Below, one piece after another: positions 31,280-42,302 of a stretch of DNA of 64,000 bases. The translations under genes and the position numbers were made by a program. The notes under the pieces are model-generated. The model saw only the letters and a list, made by a program, of their open reading frames with translations, made no database searches and had not been told where the DNA came from. Source of the stretch: an uncultured delta proteobacterium (lineage in GTDB: Bacteria > Desulfobacterota > Binatia > UBA9968); contig CAVXEP010000019.1 of NCBI GenBank assembly GCA_963760795.1, positions 224,001-288,000 on the forward strand. The letters are read 5' to 3'. Every line of letters starts with the position of its first letter. Position 1 is the first letter of the stretch.

Positions 31280-32419
31280 ATGAAAGCGAAGATCGTTCCC
31301 TGGATTATTCTTGGCGCCCTGATCGTTGTCGGCGCCGGTTATTCATTGCGTAACGTCTTCGGCAACCGCAGCGAATTCGTTATTTCCGGCATCGTCGAGG
31401 CGGACGATATTCATGTCGGTTCCAAGATTGGCGGGCGGGTCTTGAAAGTCGCGGCCAAGGAAGGCCAGGCGGTGAAAGCCGGCGAGCCGCTGGTGTTGCT
31501 CGAGCCGCGCGAGCTCAACGCGGCGCTCGCCGAGGCGCAGGCAAGCTTGCGCCAGGCGGACGCCAAGTTCGCATTGTTAAGCGCGGGCTACCGCAAGGAA
31601 GAAATCGAACAAGCAGAAGCCGCCATGGGCCAAGCCCAAGCGGAGCTCGACCAACAAATCTCCGGGCCGCGCCAGCAGGAAATTGCCCAGGCGGCGGCGG
31701 ACTGGCAGGCGGCCAAGGCGCAGGCCGAGAACGCGCGCAAGTTTCTCAGCCGCATGGACGATCTGGCCAAGCGCGAGCTGATTGCCAAGCAAGAATTTGA
31801 CGATGCCCTGACGAAATCCGATGAAGCCGAACAGAAAATGACCAGCGCCCGCGAGCGCTACGAGCTCTTGCTCGCCGGCACGCGCAAGGAGGAAGTCGAG
31901 CGGGCGCGCCAGCGCTGGGCCGAAGCCGATGCCAAGCGGCGCCAACTGCGCGGCGGCTTCCGCAAAGAAGAAATCGCCCAGGCCAAGTCGGAGATGGAAG
32001 CGTCGCGTGCGAGGCTAGAGCAAATTCAGACTCAACTCGATGAGACCGTGATTAAGGCGCCGGTGGATGCGCTGGTCGAGGCTTTGGATTTGCAGCCGGG
32101 GGATCTAGTCGGCGCCGGCAAGCCGGTGGCGACGCTGTTGCGCCTGGGAAGTCTTTGGGTGCGCGCCTATCTGCCGGAGGAGCGTCTGGGTTTTGTCCAG
32201 CCGGGATTGAAAGTAAAAGTTCGCGTCGATTCATTTCCCAATAAGGACTTCTCCGGTGCGGTGCGGCGTGTGCATCGGCAGGGAGAATTCACGCCGCGCA
32301 ATATCCAAACCCACGAAGAACGAGTGCTGCAAGTATTCCAGGTAGAAGTGGTCATCGACGATGCCGAGCATGTGCTGCGTCCGGGGATGAGTGCGGATGT
32401 GACGATTCAAATACGCTAG
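31280..32419 (+). CDS. HlyD family efflux periplasmic adaptor (YbhG-like)
   Basis: VGSKIGGRV, long coiled coil, EFTPRNIQT, LRPGMSADV. Confidence 0.9.
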   Translation: MKAKIVPWIILGALIVVGAGYSLRNVFGNRSEFVISGIVEADDIHVGSKIGGRVLKVAAKEGQAVKAGEPLVLLEPRELNAALAEAQASLRQADAKFALLSAGYRKEEIEQAEAAMGQAQAELDQQISGPRQQEIAQAAADWQAAKAQAENARKFLSRMDDLAKRELIAKQEFDDALTKSDEAEQKMTSARERYELLLAGTRKEEVERARQRWAEADAKRRQLRGGFRKEEIAQAKSEMEASRARLEQIQTQLDETVIKAPVDALVEALDLQPGDLVGAGKPVATLLRLGSLWVRAYLPEERLGFVQPGLKVKVRVDSFPNKDFSGAVRRVHRQGEFTPRNIQTHEERVLQVFQVEVVIDDAEHVLRPGMSADVTIQIR

Positions 32420-32490
32420 GGGCGATTCATGAGTCGCCTGCGAAGAGCGCGCCCAGCGGCAGCATTATGTGGAAGATTGGGCAATAATTC

Positions 32491-33444
32491 ATGAGTATCG
32501 CCATTCGAGCCGACGGTATCAGCAAGAAATTTGGCGAGTTAACGGCGGTCAGCGATGTCAGTTTTACGATCGAGGAAGGTGAGATCTTCGGATTCCTCGG
32601 CCCCAACGGCTCGGGCAAGTCGACGATGATTCGCATCCTCTGCGGCTTGTTGCAGCCGACCTCGGGGCGGGCTGAACTCGACGGTCTCGATGTCGTCAAG
32701 CAGACCGAGGAGATCAAGAAGCGCATCGGCTACATGTCGCAGCGTTTCAGTCTCTACGAAGATCTCACGGTTGAGGAGAATATCGATTTCTACGGCGCGA
32801 TCTATGGGCTGAATCGCGCCGACCTGGCGGCGCGGCGGCGCGCGGTGGTGGCTTTGGCCGGTCTGGACGACCGGCTGGAACAGATGGCGGCGACGCTGTC
32901 CGGTGGTTATAAGCAGCGCCTGGCGTTGGCTTGTTCGCTGTTGCACCAGCCCAAAATTTTATTTCTCGACGAGCCGACGGCGGGCATCGATCCGGTGGCG
33001 CGCCGGGAGATTTGGGATCTGCTCTTTCGCCTCGCCGCCGAAGGCACGACGTTGTTCGTGACGACGCACTATATGGACGAGGCGGAGCGCTGCTCGCAGG
33101 TCGCCTATATTTATCTTGCCAAGCTGATCGCCATCGGCCGGCCGCAGGATTTGAAGCGGCTGCCGGAGATCACCCCGGCGGGCTGCGCCTGGGTCGAAGT
33201 CACCAGCGACGATGCCACCCAGCTGCTACCGCTTTTGCGGCGCCATGACGATGTCGTCGACGCGACCATCTTCGGCGAGGCGATCCATGCTTTAGTCCGC
33301 CAGTCCAGCGGTCCGGCGGCGCTGATCGAGTTCGCCCGCCAACAGGGCGGGGTCAACGTCGCTTGCCGCGCCGTGCCGCCGTCCCTGGAAGATGTCTTTG
33401 TCTCGTTGACGCGCATGCGCCGCAGCGCCACGGAAGGACGATAA
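32491..33444 (+). CDS. ABC-2 type transporter ATP-binding protein
   Basis: GPNGSGKS, LSGGYKQR, LDEPTAGIDP, TTHYMDEAE. Confidence 0.93.
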   Translation: MSIAIRADGISKKFGELTAVSDVSFTIEEGEIFGFLGPNGSGKSTMIRILCGLLQPTSGRAELDGLDVVKQTEEIKKRIGYMSQRFSLYEDLTVEENIDFYGAIYGLNRADLAARRRAVVALAGLDDRLEQMAATLSGGYKQRLALACSLLHQPKILFLDEPTAGIDPVARREIWDLLFRLAAEGTTLFVTTHYMDEAERCSQVAYIYLAKLIAIGRPQDLKRLPEITPAGCAWVEVTSDDATQLLPLLRRHDDVVDATIFGEAIHALVRQSSGPAALIEFARQQGGVNVACRAVPPSLEDVFVSLTRMRRSATEGR

Positions 33445-34547
33445 TGTTTAGCGGCCTGTGGGCGATCCTCAAAAAAGAGGTCATTCACATCAAACGCGAT
33501 CCAGCGACGCGCTTTATCTTCGCCATCCCGCTTTTCGAATTGCTGTTGTTCGGCTACGCCATCGACACCGACGTCAAGCATGTGCCGACGGTGGTGTTCG
33601 ACCTCAATCGTCAACAGGAGAGCCGCCAACTGGTGCAGGAGTTCGAGAACACCCACTACTTTCGTTTGGTCGGTGAAGTCCAGTCGGACCAAGATTTGCA
33701 CGACGCGATCATCGGCGGGCGGGCAAAAGTTGGTATTAAAATCCCGCCGGACTACTCGACCAATCTGGTCAACGGCCGGCAGGGGCAAGTGCAAGTGATC
33801 ATCGACGGTTCGGACTCGACCATCGCCACGCGCGTGCTCAACGCCAGCCAACAGTTGGGTTTCGTCAAATCGCTGGAACGGGACGGCATTTCAACCAGCC
33901 AGTTCAGCATCGATATCCGGCCGCGCTTGCTGTTCAACCCTAATCTTTTGAGTGCCAATTTTTACGTGCCGGGATTGATCGGCATCATTCTCCAGTTGGT
34001 GACAGTGTTTCTCACCGCCTTCGCCATCGTGCGCGAGCGCGAGCGCGGCACGCTGGAGCAATTACTGGTCACCCCGGTGTCCAAGGGCGGGCTGATCCTC
34101 GGCAAGCTGTTGCCCTATACCGCCATCGGTTTCGGCCAGACGGCTTTGGTGCTGTTGCTGATGGTTTTCCTGTTCGGCGTGCCGATTCACGGTTCGGTTG
34201 CCTTGCTGTTGTTTTTATCGATGGTCTTTCTCGTGTCCGCCCTCGGCATGGGTATCGTGATTTCGACCTTCGCGGGCAACCAAAGTGAAGCGATGCAGAT
34301 GTCCTTGATGACGTTGCTGCCGGCGTTTCTGCTGTCCGGCTTCGTTTTTCCCCGGGAGTCGATGCCGCTGCTGATTTATCTGATCAGTTTTCTGATTCCG
34401 GCGACCTACTATTTGGAAATTCTCCGCGGCATCATTCTCCGCGGCGCCGGTATCGTCGCGTTGTGGGATGAAGCGCTGGTGCTCGGCGCCTTCGGCCTGT
34501 TTTTTATGACCTTGAGCGTCGTGCGTTTTAAGAAACACTTGGGCTAG
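33444..34547 (+). CDS. ABC-2 type transporter permease (YbhS/R-like)
   Basis: LFGYAIDTDV, AIVRERERGTLEQLLVTP, LLSGFVFPRESMP. Confidence 0.92.
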   Translation: MFSGLWAILKKEVIHIKRDPATRFIFAIPLFELLLFGYAIDTDVKHVPTVVFDLNRQQESRQLVQEFENTHYFRLVGEVQSDQDLHDAIIGGRAKVGIKIPPDYSTNLVNGRQGQVQVIIDGSDSTIATRVLNASQQLGFVKSLERDGISTSQFSIDIRPRLLFNPNLLSANFYVPGLIGIILQLVTVFLTAFAIVRERERGTLEQLLVTPVSKGGLILGKLLPYTAIGFGQTALVLLLMVFLFGVPIHGSVALLLFLSMVFLVSALGMGIVISTFAGNQSEAMQMSLMTLLPAFLLSGFVFPRESMPLLIYLISFLIPATYYLEILRGIILRGAGIVALWDEALVLGAFGLFFMTLSVVRFKKHLG

Positions 34548-34618
34548 TCGTCCTCGCTGCGCTCGGACTTCCAGATTCACAATTCCAGATTGCAGATTTC
34601 AAACGCTGCGATGCGCCG

Positions 34619-35842
34619 TCACGATGTGTAGGTTGGGGTCGGTAGGATTTTTGCGCTGCGGGGCAATAGCAGTGCCATGAGGGCGACGCTGATAAACGAA
34701 AGAATGCCTAACATCCAGAAAATCGTCGGCAGCTCTGTGCTGACTAACAATAGCCCGACGATGGAGGTCGAGGTGGTTTTCGAGACCTGCTGGATCAATC
34801 TGTCGAAGGAGACGATACCGCCGCGCAGTTCCGCCGGCGCATTCTGTGTCAGCAGGCTTTTCTGCATGGGCGAGATCACGCCATTGGCGAGGCCGTAGAA
34901 AAACAATGCGCCGCCGATCAGCCAGACATCAGGAATGAACGGCACGGCCAAGACTGATGCGCCGCTGACGACGAAAGCGAGAAACAAGATCCTCGCCTTG
35001 TCGCGGCCAGTGGCGATGCGGCCGGCTTGGCTCGATGTCGCCATGGCACCGATCGCGAAAAAGACGTAGAGCAAGCCAGCGGTGGCGGTCGAGATGCCAT
35101 GGGTACGCACCAAGAAGAGCGGAAAATAAGTGAGAAATCCATAGTCGAGAAAAAAACGCAGGAAGCCGGCGGTGAATGCGATCATCAGTCGGGGATGGCG
35201 TGTCAAGCGCAGGATGTCGCCCACATAGTTTGCCGCCGGCTGTTTCTGCTTGCCTTTAGTCTCGGGCATGCAAAACAGCGCGACGAGACCCAAGGGAATC
35301 GCCAGGAGATAAAAGACAAAGGGCCAGAACCAGGCGATGGTTGCCAGCAGTCCGCCCAACGGTGGAAAGATGAAATAGCCGATGCGGTCGAGAAAAACTT
35401 TCAGACCCTGGCCGCTGACTTCCTTGTCGCCTTCCAACAAATCGCCGATCAAGACGATAGTCAGCGGGATCACGGCGCTGAAGCCGACGCCTTGCAGCGT
35501 GCGAAAAACCAGCAGCCAAGTATAGCTGGGCGCAAACGCCATGGCCCCACCGAACAGGCCAAACATCATTAATCCATAAGCCAGCAGCAGGCGCCGGCCG
35601 TAGAGATCGGCGATGAAGCCGAAAACCGGCGACAAGAAAATCGCCGGCGCGGTAAACAGCGTCATGATCCACGACAGTTGCGCGTCGCTCACCTGAAACG
35701 GCTGGGTGAGCGCCGGCAAAGCCGGCTGGATGAAGTTGACGCCCATCATCAGCGCCAGGCTTGCGGCGTAGACAATGCTCAACGCGCGGGCCTTTTCCGG
35801 CGCGAGTTTGTCGAGACCGAAGAAGGCCGCGATGGAGTGCAT
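34619..35842 (-). CDS. MFS transporter
   Basis: GFIADLYGRR motif A, FRTLQGVG, about 12 TM. Confidence 0.9.
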   Translation of the reverse strand: MHSIAAFFGLDKLAPEKARALSIVYAASLALMMGVNFIQPALPALTQPFQVSDAQLSWIMTLFTAPAIFLSPVFGFIADLYGRRLLLAYGLMMFGLFGGAMAFAPSYTWLLVFRTLQGVGFSAVIPLTIVLIGDLLEGDKEVSGQGLKVFLDRIGYFIFPPLGGLLATIAWFWPFVFYLLAIPLGLVALFCMPETKGKQKQPAANYVGDILRLTRHPRLMIAFTAGFLRFFLDYGFLTYFPLFLVRTHGISTATAGLLYVFFAIGAMATSSQAGRIATGRDKARILFLAFVVSGASVLAVPFIPDVWLIGGALFFYGLANGVISPMQKSLLTQNAPAELRGGIVSFDRLIQQVSKTTSTSIVGLLLVSTELPTIFWMLGILSFISVALMALLLPRSAKILPTPTYTS

Positions 35843-35879
35843 GGAGCGAAAGTAGGCGAAGCGTCTGGGAAAGGCAAGG

Positions 35880-35950
35880 TGGAAGACTGGAGTACTGGAG
35901 TAGTGGAGTGATGGAGTGTTGGGTCGTCCGGAAACCCATCACTCCAATTC
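35880..35950. repeat. TGGAGTNN-octamer mirrored repeat
   Basis: TGGAGTAC TGGAGTAG TGGAGTGA TGGAGTGT TGGG..TCCGGAAA CCCATCACTCCA. Confidence 0.85.
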
Positions 35951-36017
35951 CTGTGTTGGTCAGCGCGGCAGTGCCGTGGTATGCATTAGCCAATTCACTC
36001 GAGAGATGGAGAATCCC

Positions 36018-37448
36018 ATGGCTCAAGACATGCGCAGTTGGATCGATCAACTGGAAAAAGCCGGACTGCTGGCGCGCATTACTAAACCAGTTGACCCGCG
36101 CACGCAGATGGGCGCGCTGCTTTGGCAAGCGCGCGACCGCGGTTTGCTTTTTGAAAATTTGCCTGGCTATCCAGGCTGGCGTTGCCTTGGTCAAGCGCCC
36201 GGGGACGTGGCGTTGGCGCCGGTGGCGTTCGGCACCGAGCGCGATCAGATGATTCCCGAATTCGTCCGGCGCACGGAAAAGCTTGGCAAAACTCGGCTGG
36301 TAGAAACCGGGCCGGTGCAGCAGAAGGTTTTACTCGGCGACGATGTCGATATCACCAAGATGCCGATTCATCAGGCCGGGATTCGCGACGGCGGGCCGTT
36401 CATCGGCTCGGGGTTGATGATCACGAAGAATCCCGAGACCGGCCAGCGCAACTTGAGCTTTCACCGCTTGCAGATGAAGGGGCCGAAGAAGACCGGCATC
36501 CTGCTGTATCCGCGCCATGCCTGGGCCAACTATCAGATGTATGAAGCGCAGGATAAGCCGATGCCGGTGGCGATCATGATCGGCCACCATCCGATGTATT
36601 ACTTCGCCGCGGCGACGACGACCCAATATGGCGTCGATGAATTGGAGATCGCCTCGGCACTGCTCCAAGAAGATGTCGAGCTCGTCAAATGCCGCACCGT
36701 CGACTTGGAGGTGCCTGCTTGGGCCGAAATCGTGCTCGAAGGCGAGATTCCACCAAAGATTCGCGAGCCTGAAGGGCCGTTCAGCGAATTTCAGGATTAT
36801 TATCTAACCGGTTCGGGGCAGAATCCTATCGTCAACATCAAGGCGATCACCATGCGCAACGATGCGATCTTCAAAAACGTTCAGAACGGCACGGAGGTCG
36901 AAGGCTGCGTCTATCACAAAGTCCCGATGTCGGCGCAGATCCTGCGCCGGGCGCGCAATGTCGGCGGCCTCGCCGATGTGCGCAACGTGTTAGTCATGCC
37001 GGGAATTTTCGGCGTGGTGGTGCAGATGAAGCCGCGCTACTACGGCGAGGCGAAAAACGTCTTGATGTCGGTGCTATCGAGCGAATACCAGCATCCGAAG
37101 ATCGCCATTGCCGTCGATATCGACGTGGATATTTTCAACTACGCAGAAGTCTTGTGGTCGCTCAACACGCGGGTGAATCCGACGGAGGATATCGTCACCA
37201 TACCCGGCGCGAAGATCCATGCCATGGACCCATCCTGTCCGGAGTTCGGTCATCCCGGCGCGCCTGGCTGGCACCGCATCGGCGGCAAGATGATCATCGA
37301 CGCCACCAAACCGCCGGAGTGCGATGCTCAGCGGCGCAAGGAATTTGAAAGGCTCAAACCTGTGGGTTGGGAAACTGTGAACCTAGAGGATTTCTTGCCG
37401 GCGGGAGCGCCGCCTCTACGAATTAAACCGAAGATTCCGATGGATTAG
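36018..37448 (+). CDS. UbiD family (prenylated-FMN) decarboxylase
   Basis: DGGPFIG, NLSFHR, AEIVLEG, EGPFSEFQDYY, VDIDVDI, KMIIDAT. Confidence 0.92.
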   Translation: MAQDMRSWIDQLEKAGLLARITKPVDPRTQMGALLWQARDRGLLFENLPGYPGWRCLGQAPGDVALAPVAFGTERDQMIPEFVRRTEKLGKTRLVETGPVQQKVLLGDDVDITKMPIHQAGIRDGGPFIGSGLMITKNPETGQRNLSFHRLQMKGPKKTGILLYPRHAWANYQMYEAQDKPMPVAIMIGHHPMYYFAAATTTQYGVDELEIASALLQEDVELVKCRTVDLEVPAWAEIVLEGEIPPKIREPEGPFSEFQDYYLTGSGQNPIVNIKAITMRNDAIFKNVQNGTEVEGCVYHKVPMSAQILRRARNVGGLADVRNVLVMPGIFGVVVQMKPRYYGEAKNVLMSVLSSEYQHPKIAIAVDIDVDIFNYAEVLWSLNTRVNPTEDIVTIPGAKIHAMDPSCPEFGHPGAPGWHRIGGKMIIDATKPPECDAQRRKEFERLKPVGWETVNLEDFLPAGAPPLRIKPKIPMD

Positions 37449-37454
37449 GGTTTT

Positions 37455-37533
37455 CGTTCAACGGTTCAAACGTTCAAGGTCGGAATGGAGGATAGAGTTC
37501 TGATTGAACCCTTGAACTTTTGAACCTTGAACC
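37455..37533. repeat. GTTCAA/TTGAAC mirrored repeat between convergent genes
   Basis: Three GTTCAA units, GTCGGAA, then four TTGAAC units. Confidence 0.8.
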
Positions 37534-37553
37534 AAGCGCGGCGGGCGCGGCGC

Positions 37554-37799
37554 TTATTCATCCGGCTCGCCGAAGTAGTCTCTGACGATTCTTTCCTTGA
37601 CATATTCGATGGCGCCCAGGTCTTGGATGATGTCACCGCCGGTATCGTAGAAAAAGATATCGCCATTCTTATTGCGGCCGATGGCGACCAGCCAGTCGAG
37701 CTCGTCGCGGTCTTCCAATAGATAGTTGATTGCCTGATTGGCCCCTTTGCTGGCTATAATGGTTACTTTCGGATTAGCGGTTTTTTTTACCTGGGTCAT
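37554..37799 (-). CDS. Small hypothetical protein (81 aa)
   Basis: ATG with SD AGGAGG and globular-looking composition; no family recognised. Confidence 0.65.
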   Translation of the reverse strand: MTQVKKTANPKVTIIASKGANQAINYLLEDRDELDWLVAIGRNKNGDIFFYDTGGDIIQDLGAIEYVKERIVRDYFGEPDE

Positions 37800-37865
37800 T
37801 GAGGGGCCTCCTGGACCAAAGAAAGTCTATAACAGTTAGGAGGGGTAAACAACTTGCGGGAGGAA

Positions 37866-37941
37866 TGGAATACTGCAGTGTTGGAGCAATGGAGTGATGG
37901 GTAATCCGGAAGCCACTACTTCACTACTCCATCACTCCAGT
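37866..37941. repeat. TGGAGTNN-octamer mirrored repeat
   Basis: TGGAATAC TGCAGTGT TGGAGCAA TGGAGTGA TGGG..TCCGGAA..CTACTTCA CTACTCCA TCACTCCA. Confidence 0.82.
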
Positions 37942-37952
37942 TCTTATCCTGT

Positions 37953-40900
37953 TTACTTCATGGTGAAATCGACGCGGTTGGGTTTGCCTTTGAGCTTGGT
38001 TTGTTCCTCGTTGCTCAGCGGTTTGGCGGCGACGATGAACAGCCGGTCGGCGCCGAGGCCGCTAGCCAACAAGGCGTCGCGCACCGCTTGGGCGCGCTGA
38101 CTTGCCAATACCCCAAGGTCATCGTCAGTCGCTTTGGCATGTTGCATCATTAGTTTTTCCATCTCCGCCACCGGTAAGTCGACCGCCAGGCCGATTACGT
38201 TGCGCGGTTTGGGAAAGTTTTCTTCGCCATAGGCAGCTTTCAAATATTTCGCGTACTCGTCCTTGTCGAACTGAATGTCGTCGAGCGATCGTTGTGCTTG
38301 CCCCTGGCGCACCAGGTCGCGCAGCTTTTGCGCCTTGGCCTTGCGTTCGATGCCAACTCGCTTCAATCCTTCGAGATCGCTCACCGGATCGACCCTTCCG
38401 GTCAATTCCAAATTAATCGACGGGCGATTGTTGAGCCCCTTGGCCAGGGCGGCGATTTTAGACTGCGCGGCTTGATTCAAGTTGGCGCGGCCGTTGTCGA
38501 ATTCGACATAGCTCAACTCCTCGCCGCTGCCACCGCCGCCGCTGAACGCCGCGCCGAGCAGCGAGAAGGGCGCGGTGATGGCTCTGGTAAGTATGTTAAC
38601 GATCATGCGCCAGATAATGCCGCCGATGCTGAACTGCGGATCGTCCAGCGACCCGCTGATGGGCATATCGATGTCGATGACGCCATCGCGGTCCTTTAAC
38701 AGTGCCACGGCAAGCAGCACCGGTAGTTTAGTCGCATCGGGGCTTTCGATTCTGGGGCCGAAAGTGAGCTGGTTTAAAATGATTTTGTTTTGGGCGGTCA
38801 ACTTGCGATTCTCAAGTTTGTATTTGACGTTGAACGATAGCTTGCCTTTTTCGATACCATAACCGACGTAGCGCCCAGAATAAGGAGTCATCGGGCTCAG
38901 CTCGATCTCCTTGGCATCGGCGACTATGTCGAGAAATAAGTCTTTCGAGAGTGGGTTGAGCTTGCCTTTAATTTCCACCGGCGCGGCGTTGTCGAGCCGG
39001 GCTTTGAGGTCGATATCGCCGGGCGCCTCCGGCTTGAGCTCGGAAATCGTTCCCTGGACGCCGGTGAGATTGGCGTTGTAGTTGGGTTTGATGAAAAGGT
39101 CGCTGAAGTCAATGTTGCCGGCGGTCAAATTGATTTTACCGATGGTGATGGCTTTGTCCGTGCCGGTGGCGGGAGCACCTGCGGGGCCGGACTTTTCCGG
39201 TAATTGTTTCGCGGACTTCTCTGGCGGCGCCGAATCGTTTTTCTTTTCCTCATCCTGCGGCGTGAGTTTCTGCAGATTGATCTTACCGTCGGCGCCGAGA
39301 ATCAGCCGGGAGTAGAAATCGCCAAGATTGATCTCGCCGATGTTCAGCCGAAAAGGCTCGAGATTGAATTGGACGGCATTCAAGTTGAGGGATTTCCATT
39401 TGAGCAAGTCGCTGGAATTACTTTTTTCGACGGTCGCAAAGTCGGCGATGTCGAAGCTGCCGTCGTAATTTACTTTTGCCGGGCCGGCGCCGCTGGCATC
39501 GAAAACCAGATTGCCCTTGGTGCCAATATTGCCGCTGGTGAGCAAGAAGTGAACGCGGTCCTCTAGATAAGGCCAAAATGGCAGGACGTCGATCCCCTGA
39601 GCATCGACCTCCAGCTGAGCGGCAACGGGGCGAGTTCCAACAGTCCCGGCAAATTTCAATGTCCCTTTGTCGTTGATCGTGGCTTGGAACGTCGCTTTGC
39701 CTCGCGACTTTTCCACATTGGAAAAATTCTCGCCGCGGAGTGTTGTATTGGATACGACGATACGTGCCGGCGCCGCCAGGGATCGATCTTCGTAAACAAT
39801 TTTAAAACCGTTGAAAACCACACGCTTGGTTTCCACGGTCCAAGACGCCTGTTCGGCTTTCGCCGGCTGGTTGGTTGCGCTTTCAGAGCCGCGGGTCTTG
39901 ATCAGGCGGGCGTAGCTGATCGTCCCGTCCTTTTCCCGTTGGACATAGCCGTTGCCATCCCGGGTTTCCACGGAACCGATGACGACCGAACGCTTGCCGA
40001 CGTCGACCGTGGTGTCTTTCACGGTCAGGAGCGGAACGCGCCAAAGGGGTTCGGATTCTCCCGGCACGTCCATGCGCAATGATCGCAGGGCTGCAGTCAG
40101 CTCGGTAAGTTTTACCTCCGGCTCGTCTGCTTTCTGCGCGAAGGCGACCTGAGTCGAAAGGTCGAGAAGCCCGTCCTTGAATTCGACTCCGAGCAAGTCT
40201 TCGTAATACGGGCGGAGCTTCTTGAGTTGCAGTGCCCGGATCTCCAGTTTGCCGTCTGCCAGCAGCGGCGTCAGTTGGACGGTACCGGCATGAGAGAATG
40301 ACTCTTTTGCGTCAGAGTCAAACGACAGTTCGACATTGGCCTTTTTATCGGCTTCATTGTTGAGTCCCGTGACGTTGAGGCGGACATTGTCCAGGCGTGT
40401 CTTGTAGGGCTGCTGCGGTTGTTCGTCGTTGAAGTGGATCGTTGCGCCATCGACGGCGATCTCTGCAATTTGATACAGGAATGGCTTACCGTCGTCTTTT
40501 TTTGCCGTTTGCGGTTGCCGTTGCCGGTTGACTGTTGGTCGATGGCGTCACCAGATTGGCCAGATTGATTTCGCCCTTGCGATCGCGGCCGACGTGGAGT
40601 TCGAGGCCTTGGGACTTGATTGATTTGATCGTCGCTTTGCTGGCAAAGACGTCGAAGGATTCGACCACGACATCGAAGTTGGGCAGCTTGAGCAGCGGTG
40701 CGTCGCTTGTTTGCTGCATCTCCAACGCGTTGACGTTGAGATCGCCTGACAACGCCAGTACCGGCGCGGCTTTGGGCGCCGACTTGAAGCTTACGGTGAC
40801 CTTGCCGTTGAGTTGTCCCGAGGGCACTTTGAAATTAAGCGCCACCGGCGAGTATTCCAAAAATTTGGCGATCTCTAGTTTATCGATCTTGATCCCCAGC

Positions 40901-41592
40901 GTGCTTTCCAGGGAATCCGTGAACGGCGTAGTGGAATCGCCGGCGAGGTGGAATGGCGCGCCGTTGATCACCGCGGCGAACTCCGGTTTGATCTTGATCG
41001 CCAAGTGCGCCGGCAAGCTGGATATAAACGGCAGACCGATCTTGAGTGAAGTGACGGAGTGCTTGGTCTGCTCGGGCTGGTCGTCGAAATCGATCTTGCC
41101 GTCGATGATTTGAATATTGTGGAGGGCAAAGCGCGGCGTCGGCCCCGGCGGGCCGGAAGTAAATTCGTCGATTAAATCTTGAAAACTGTATTTGAGATCT
41201 TGCTGGCGCACCAAATTGACATAGGGCTTGACCAGGCGCAGTTCTTCGATCACTGGCGCCAGGCGAAATAGGGACTGCAATTCCAGATTGACGAACAGCT
41301 CTTCGAACGAGAGCGCGGCAGTTTGGCCTTGCTTCTCCCGCATCAGAAAGCCGCGCACCGAAACGGTGAGCGCGTAGGGATTGATCTTGATCTGCTCGAT
41401 GGTGACGGGGCGATGCAGTTTCTTCGACAGATCGCTGGCAATCTTACCGCGCAATAGTGGCGGCGCGGCCAGACCCAGAAGCACTCCGAAACCGACAACG
41501 ATCGCGGCGAGCCATATAGCTATCTTACGCGTCCGCGGATGGCGAACGATGCGGGCGGTTTTTGTGCGCAGATCGGTAGCGTCTGACGCCAT
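37953..41592 (-). CDS. DUF748 (AsmA-like) domain protein with OmpA-like C-terminus; one frameshift near 40500
   Basis: INPYALTV and LELQSLFRLAPV in ORF 40486-41592. The frame of ORF 37953-40196 stays open upstream to ~40500, next to an A7 run, and contains YVGYGIEKGKL, LAVALLKD, PISGSLDDPQFS, RVDF. Confidence 0.85.
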
Positions 41593-41652
41593 AGCAACCT
41601 TCGTGGGACTGAAACTTGAGGTGAACCTATCGCAGGGGTAGGTGCTTGTCCA

Positions 41653-42114
41653 TCAAACTTGGCGATCTAATAAACGATCGCCCGTTTCGATGGTTTCCAA
41701 CCTGGCGATGTACGTGCTCGGCATGCGCCAATGGCGTGCGCCTTCGAGGATCAAGCGTTTGTATTCGGGGTTGGGCAGTGGCACGTCGGTTTCTATTGCG
41801 GCGACATAAACCAGGACCTGCAGCGGTGTATTGCTGTCGTCGGGCCGATAGACCGGTATCATTTCTCGGTGGTAGCCGTCTTCGAAGCCGTCCATGACGT
41901 CGAGATCGGCGTCGCTGACATCGTACACCGCGCCCCAGACTTCTCGACCCGCGGCCGCGCAAACGTTAGCGGTGCCGCAATTGCGCAGGCGCGAGTGGCG
42001 GGTGATGCCAAATTCATAGTTGGGCAGCTTGGCGATGGTGACGAACTTCGCCGAAGGGCAGCGCCGCTGCATTTGCGGCCAATGCAAATTCGATCCGTAA
42101 GCGAAATAGTACAC
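41653..42114 (-). CDS. Gamma-glutamylcyclotransferase family protein
   Basis: YYFAYGSNL, VWGAVY, MDGFEDGY, PNPEYKRLILEGA. Confidence 0.9.
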   Translation of the reverse strand: MYYFAYGSNLHWPQMQRRCPSAKFVTIAKLPNYEFGITRHSRLRNCGTANVCAAAGREVWGAVYDVSDADLDVMDGFEDGYHREMIPVYRPDDSNTPLQVLVYVAAIETDVPLPNPEYKRLILEGARHWRMPSTYIARLETIETGDRLLDRQV

Positions 42115-42302
42115 GACAGCCTCACCTCCCGGTTAAGCGACGATATTATGGAAAGATTTTATTATGCACAAGCTGTTGGAAAGGTTTCGAAAGCCGCGAA
42201 TCTGAGGCAGAAACGGCGCTGAATCCTTATGGATGATTGTTGCGTCTCAGGAAATACTTAAGTACAAGCGTCTTTTCCCCTGACGGGAGCTGTACACAAA
42301 TT

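Noticed and set aside
40495-40505. Programmed ribosomal frameshift at the A7 run in the DUF748 gene
   Set aside because: A homopolymer indel error is simpler given the many other frameshifts in the window.
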